DNA of 64,000 nucleotides from an uncultured virus (IMG/VR IMGVR_UViG_3300002773_000047). Lineage: Duplodnaviria > Heunggongvirae > Uroviricota > Caudoviricetes. This document shows, in pieces, positions 63,201 to 64,000 of the stretch. A model generated the notes under the pieces. That model saw only the letters and a list, made by a program, of their open reading frames with translations, ran no database searches and was not told where the DNA came from. The first letter of the stretch is position 1; each line of letters opens with the position of its first letter. Both the position numbers and the translations under genes were made by a program. Location of the stretch: the IMG/VR virus record IMGVR_UViG_3300002773_000047, one strand, 5' to 3'.

Positions 63201-64000
63201 CCCTGCGCTCCGGCGACGGCACGCGCGGCGGCGAGCTGCGCGCGATGGGCCAGAACGCACTGTCGCGCCTGTCGCTGGCCTGGGGGAAGCTCTTCGGCGC
63301 CGCCGAGCAGGTGAACCGCCGCATCACGTTCGTCGCGGCCTACCGCACGGCGAAGGCGCAGGGCATCGATGACCCGGCAGGGTTCGCTCGCAAGGCGATC
63401 ACCGAAACGCAGTTCCTCTACTCGAAGGCGAACAAGATGGAGTGGGGCAGGGGGGCGATCGGCGGAACGCTGATGACCTTCAAGACCTACTCGGTGGCCT
63501 ACCTCGAGCTGCTGCACCGCATGTACACGCAGGGCGGGCCCGAGGGCAAGCGCGCCGCGCTGCTGGCGCTGGGCATGCTGATGCTGATGGGCGGCGCCGG
63601 CGGCCTGCCGTTCGAGGAAGACCTGGAGGATGCGGTCGACGCGCTGGCGCAGATGCTTGGCTACAACTTCTCGACGAAGAAGGCCCGCCAGGAATTCCTG
63701 GAGAGCCTGCTGCCGAAGTCGATCGCGCAGTTCATCGACAAGGGCGTGAGCGGTCTGCCCGGCGCGCCTCTGGACGTGTCGGGCCGCCTTGGCATGGGGA
63801 ACCTCATCCCCGGCACCGGCCTGCTGCTGGAGAAGACCAGCCACGCGCGCGACCTGCTGGAGATCGCGGGCCCGGCCGGCGACTTCGCCAGCCGCATCCT
63901 CTCCGGCGGTCGCAGCATGCTCACCGGCGACGTGGGCGCCGGACTGCTGGAAATGTCGCCCGCAGCGGTGCGCAACGCGGCCAAGGGCGTGGACATGGCC
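51290..64000 (+). CDS. Giant polyvalent virion protein (>4,200 aa, 3' end outside window): pyrophosphatase, N6-MTase, SNF2 helicase (DarB-like), metallopeptidase, ART, PLxRFG
   Basis: Frame from ATG 51290 yields no closed ORF in the track; in-frame motifs GNYKMGH/DGDHVDV (~53.5 kb), EPAVGTG and NPPF (~54.9-55.15 kb), VGAGKT and DELH (~57.0-57.5 kb), HEVLGH (~60.5 kb), FFHGT (~61.1 kb), PLSRFG (~62.4 kb). Confidence 0.88.
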   Translation, partial: MAGETLKPFDGQLDTTPHNLTPFAGELDPPDAKRTVLGTAKDVGVTALKGAVGLPQSFVGLADIVTGGRAGKALEQAGVGFEETQKFLDDQYSDAQKAANRKVQAADGFVDTAKTMLENPSTIATSVGESIPQMLGGAGVARGLLKVAPKVAPAIAGAIGEGVLGAGSQAEQIRQETQDGLLTPKQAALSAATGAATAGFGALGGRLAQRLGIGDADTMLAQGAIHGAGPASQRSLARQVGAGILSEGVLEELPQSMSEQALQNLALDKPVGEGVGKAAAAGLLAGGAMGGGAALLHGATGQHAPNRAEPGSAERVPGEQLSLLPVDEAPAAAAANELPAVAGGLASVQRTFDPRDPASRPPLDVMPTAPTDGVEFEAAPQGAREFSTGNLSLADEAQPVRPSEKMGLDPAAGPLSTAAAMAVDGGAHDVMNAAAQLAAQTEAADGKGTKPAAASPAPASVPMANVNAETGEISGQPQDREAELRARLEFVRQQAASNGWDQRLIAERDSARAELAALAPAAAAPTSVQEGIAQARARRAAPESAPQPKGEALGTQADQAQQAGTQQAPAGTEAPAAEPIASATTLTPAPAAPAVSNAKREKAVRRVEEGRAWFLSRDKALSFVDTSGLADTHEVVPDNRRFVVQAKAEQPAQDAQPQTAAPADQLADLRRRRAEAEPGTPLRRDIDNDIAALEREQQQAVRRPEAVAPVDAAANEAATSPQNDLPEPSQAQKEAGNYKMGHLSGDEVQGLRISVENPHGSTRSGTSPDGTEWSNTMAAHYGYVKGSEAADGDHVDVFVGPAAATAPTVYVVDQINADGSYDEAKALMGFNSEAEALAAYKGSYNKGWKVGPVTAMSMDDFKAALADGRLKKPLSPTLSEPVRESSPAPAAQRATTMETARTALASYFDWYLSRNPKASRPMGGIYQGNSFTLDAGGAPFTKAGQVQVNGFKELTFNYTAAWKEAQSRAAAAAPAAAPIAATKAGDENGRNAGTVPTERLPAADQGSDARDAGAGDRDRQPVDARVAEAGEGADRGERVPAGAEGAGGGRAESVQRLRESAPGEARDSRAVRPERQSADAVADPATAEASPKPELDQSGDHTLDADDIGKGGLTKKYRDNIAAIRILKALASESRKATPEERKQIARYVGWGALKGVFDPQNKQWAKEFAELRELLTDAEYKAARASMLNAHYTAPVVVNGIYDALERMGFTAGRILEPAVGTGNFFGLMPASMRKRSQLHGVELDPLTSQIAAALYPSAKVARATAFQDFQAPSEYFDLAVGNPPFGSEPIVDDDRSPYSGFSIHNYFFAKSIDKLRPGGLLTMVVSHNFLDAKNEAARQWIADRANLVAAVRLPRTVFKENAGTDVVTDIVVLQKKTESERASGLGDAAWVKAGQQTLTNPKTGEATQHNVSSYFLTNPDAVLGTPAAAGGMYRLGEYTVEPSGDLAQQLKAWATALPEDLYQPVERTHEQEAADVVVPDGVKVGSFYVDDSGRVQMRGPDSLGNRTAEPWTPPNAKAAERMKGMVGLRDALRAQMRLERSPDSTDGQIEQHRRELNRLYDGFQSKYGYLNDPTNRRIFLDDTESALVLALEFDYDRGVSKAVAEREDIEPRAPKAIKADIFARRVMFPPADNIKVSNAKDALLASLNYKGRLDADYMATLYDKSPAQIVSELGDVVYADPVNGLVMADEYLSGDVKTKLAEAEAAARDDPALRRNVEALRKVIPADKRPSEIHAAMGAAFIPSELFQQFAKEVTGADARVTYLRATGQWLVDYTSQPNPALNTAKWGIGRMTAQNIFMRTMAGQGVVVTDTIRDPNGGTRTVVLEKETEAAREKQAAMKAEWQRWLWSDPERADRVAGIYNDKMNRIVVRRFDGSHMTFPGMSPAMELLPHQKDAVWRALQQRQILLDHVVGAGKTFEVVAAIMEMRRLGIARKPIVTVPNHLTLQWRSEFSRLYPAANVLAATPDDFTKGNREKFFSKIVTGDWDAVIIGHSSLKRIALPAETEKAVLEEQITELADSIGEMKRARGDRNVVRDMESIKARLEARMKQRVQALGERDKVVTFDELGVDAFAIDELHEFKNLFYNSTMERVPGMGNPGGSDKAFDLFVKAQYLFDALGDKAPLMGATGTPVSNSLVEMFNMQRFLQYPTLKAQGLHVFDAWAKQFGSVESLYEVSPSGTGYRQASRFAKFKNLPALMGMYQTFADTVTLDDLKAQEEARGRTFPVPQVAGGRPVNVVAKRSPEVANFMGVPQLDIQGGRVQFGFNPAAGERAVIEKAEDGNSWRAETRVPQPDEKEIRQLIGSAKTEEDAKLLVVEAALSPKIKVDPKSILGQFADLKRLTKETKGKVNALSLTGQANKAGLDFRLIDPSAPDFEGSKINLAVDRMLGTYQKWTSDRGTQLVFCDLSVPLSARSGFGSKERRVYVRDDGALVHKKGTMHTVRGHEDLPFFVVKEGGKDAKAFAIYDAATGLRVHTGLPAKGIATDWAAQALNDDGRRQRWIDARDRIGDLQQDEIDDYNNANEIDTEETESISLADIAGMSGATAFSVYDDIKGKLMARGVPEREIAFIHDYNTPAAKDKLFKAVNRGDIRFLLGSTPKMGAGTNVQERLVGLHHIDAPWRPSDLEQREGRIIRRGNALYARDPDGFEVEIYRYATEQTYDTRRWQILEHKARGIEQLRKYDGTLNEIDDIEGEAANAADMKAAASGDPLILEETRLRNDVRRLESLQASHADETASMVRQARDQQRFAQDWGPKELETFRGLQAAAEANPVPKDGFAGLTVAGKTITDREAAIKAVKRGIDRVFVSGGQEEFQYRGVTFMLEGTPDHVELNSPTGGLDSYRPARDVLPSAAGILTRFGNYINRLPAHIVDLDAKITEAKQAAVQLREQAGKPFAQAKELESAREAHRRVQRRLVAKGPDIPLNQRPALQKAMAEQRQQLIEQGFGDTLEEFGGGADDAQFRRDGTEMLSPEAARAMRALLPNYSPQARAQAVASVTKTVEAIRAGWGNGPEVIVAFDMGDPVVPEAARRADLKQRSGGARGAPEGFYYRGKAYLMASRLPTANDAARVLFHEVLGHHGLRGQFGKGLDDVLNQIGTMRRADVDAKIKEYGLRGVNKLDRRAAAEEVLAEMAQTHPELHFVRRAIAAIRTWLRQHVPGFSNLRMTDDEIVRNFILPARRFVEQGGPDDGPGDGLRFSRGDAGPASTNSLDTPIAANDEGVANFWHWYSGQDGSLKDTRSSTQGSGGTAGGAAAGGPGRDGGAPGRLGPVDAQGRPLVFFHGTRDDFTAFDTEHPNRKDVGWLGRGVYGASDPADANYYAGAKRGGGGQRVMPLYFAVTNPYVATPEIKARLKRATQAQVDRFTANLRAMGHDGVTLTVEDGSVEIVAFDPSQVKSAIGNSGAFDAGTSDIRFSRSTVQDFAKKATAELNKTFNAPGKLSWWHKTVGTMYNLAERSPAFKAVFDSAQGFVDDVSFYANDAAELAPKLLPKLETWRDIKKAPVAAADNAAVAKPVFEGTLTWARDEQGMPVPVQSLIDAAAELSADQKAQRLLRNGQIDERMLKAWQGMPMESYEKAISTRFESRMLQPGVVWTDAELRSMFKLTDDQIALYHEFRETTDRSLDTMARADMLRFVGDDAKGMRGMVMDAPDAQAAAVLLRDHLVQLANEQPDRATQILNTANGIIDRADKVRELQARGYAPLSRFGRYSVDVVDAAGERQYFGLFETAREANNMAAQMREEFGDATVTQGTLSEEAFKLFAGVTPETLELFGNALGLDSTGESAQDQAFQEYLRLTKTNRSAMRRLIHRKGIAGFSEDVGRVLASFIYSNARQTAAGLHMGDLGEAVQAIPKEQGELKDAAVRLADYVKNPQEEAQAVRGLLFAQYLGGSVASAFVNMTQPIAVTMPWLSQYGGARAAAAQIGRAAKNIATRGFEYEPDLAAALKRAEDEGTVSPQEVHQLMAQARGASSLRSGDGTRGGELRAMGQNALSRLSLAWGKLFGAAEQVNRRITFVAAYRTAKAQGIDDPAGFARKAITETQFLYSKANKMEWGRGAIGGTLMTFKTYSVAYLELLHRMYTQGGPEGKRAALLALGMLMLMGGAGGLPFEEDLEDAVDALAQMLGYNFSTKKARQEFLESLLPKSIAQFIDKGVSGLPGAPLDVSGRLGMGNLIPGTGLLLEKTSHARDLLEIAGPAGDFASRILSGGRSMLTGDVGAGLLEMSPAAVRNAAKGVDMA
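54252..54533 (+). CDS. Nested +1-frame gene inside the giant ORF
   Basis: AGGAG 6 nt before ATG; globular-looking 93-aa product while the main frame is low-complexity. Confidence 0.6.
   Translation: MDEMQELYRPNDYPPPIKEAMRAMPALATEIANRWMLGWPKRVKALIEASEFLPALKEQEEAERRAYSDSGNRHLARHEIAELYGLSDSPPTL
60990..61196 (+). CDS. Possible nested +1-frame gene at the ART domain
   Basis: Amphipathic-helix-like 68-aa product coinciding with a Gly-rich insertion in the main frame; weak SD. Confidence 0.35.
   Translation: MEASKTPEAARKDLEELLAELPPVGPAEMAAHLGDSDPLMRKAARSYFSTARETTSPRSIPSTQTEKT

Larger units (their letters stand above)
1..64000. mobile_element. Temperate prophage (lambdoid regulation, podovirus-like virion genes), right end outside window
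   Basis: Integrase, CI/Cro, replication, terminase, portal, capsid and tail genes in canonical order across the window. Confidence 0.95.

Noticed and set aside
24098..63844. Long minus-strand ORFs (e.g. 24098-26203, 32074-34869, 38194-40638, 56531-59308, 61688-63844)
   Set aside because: Antisense shadows of high-GC coding genes, without motifs

Overview
The window is most of a GC-rich temperate prophage, probably from a betaproteobacterial (Comamonadaceae-like) host; the host is inferred only. It opens at the stop codon of a tyrosine integrase and ends inside a giant gene. Order: (1) a leftward early operon with integrase, DUF4224 excisionase-like, MazG-like, ASCH-like, Gp37/Gp68, YfdQ/YfdP-like, KTSC, YqaJ exonuclease and ERF annealase genes; (2) a lambdoid CI/Cro switch with visible ATGCA-N4-TGCAT operators; (3) a rightward early/middle operon with two DNA methyltransferases, a replication initiator, RuvC-like and nin-like genes; (4) a podovirus-like late region with TerS, TerL, portal, scaffold, N4-gp56-type capsid and tail/ejection proteins; (5) a >4,200-aa polyvalent protein absent from the ORF track because it runs off the window end (pyrophosphatase, DarB-like methylase plus SNF2 helicase, metallopeptidase, ADP-ribosyltransferase, PLxRFG). 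Most notable observations: a phage CsrA/RsmA-like gene with three AGGA-loop hairpins near tail-gene starts; a five-copy activator-type late promoter, one copy driving a structured ~240-nt non-coding RNA and another a tetraloop-rich leader; a lower-GC antisense ABC-ATPase/TOPRIM plus Dam cassette (candidate defence system); a C5 methyltransferase apparently split over two overlapping frames; and SD-preceded +1-frame genes nested in the giant ORF. Family calls are from motif recognition, not database searches.
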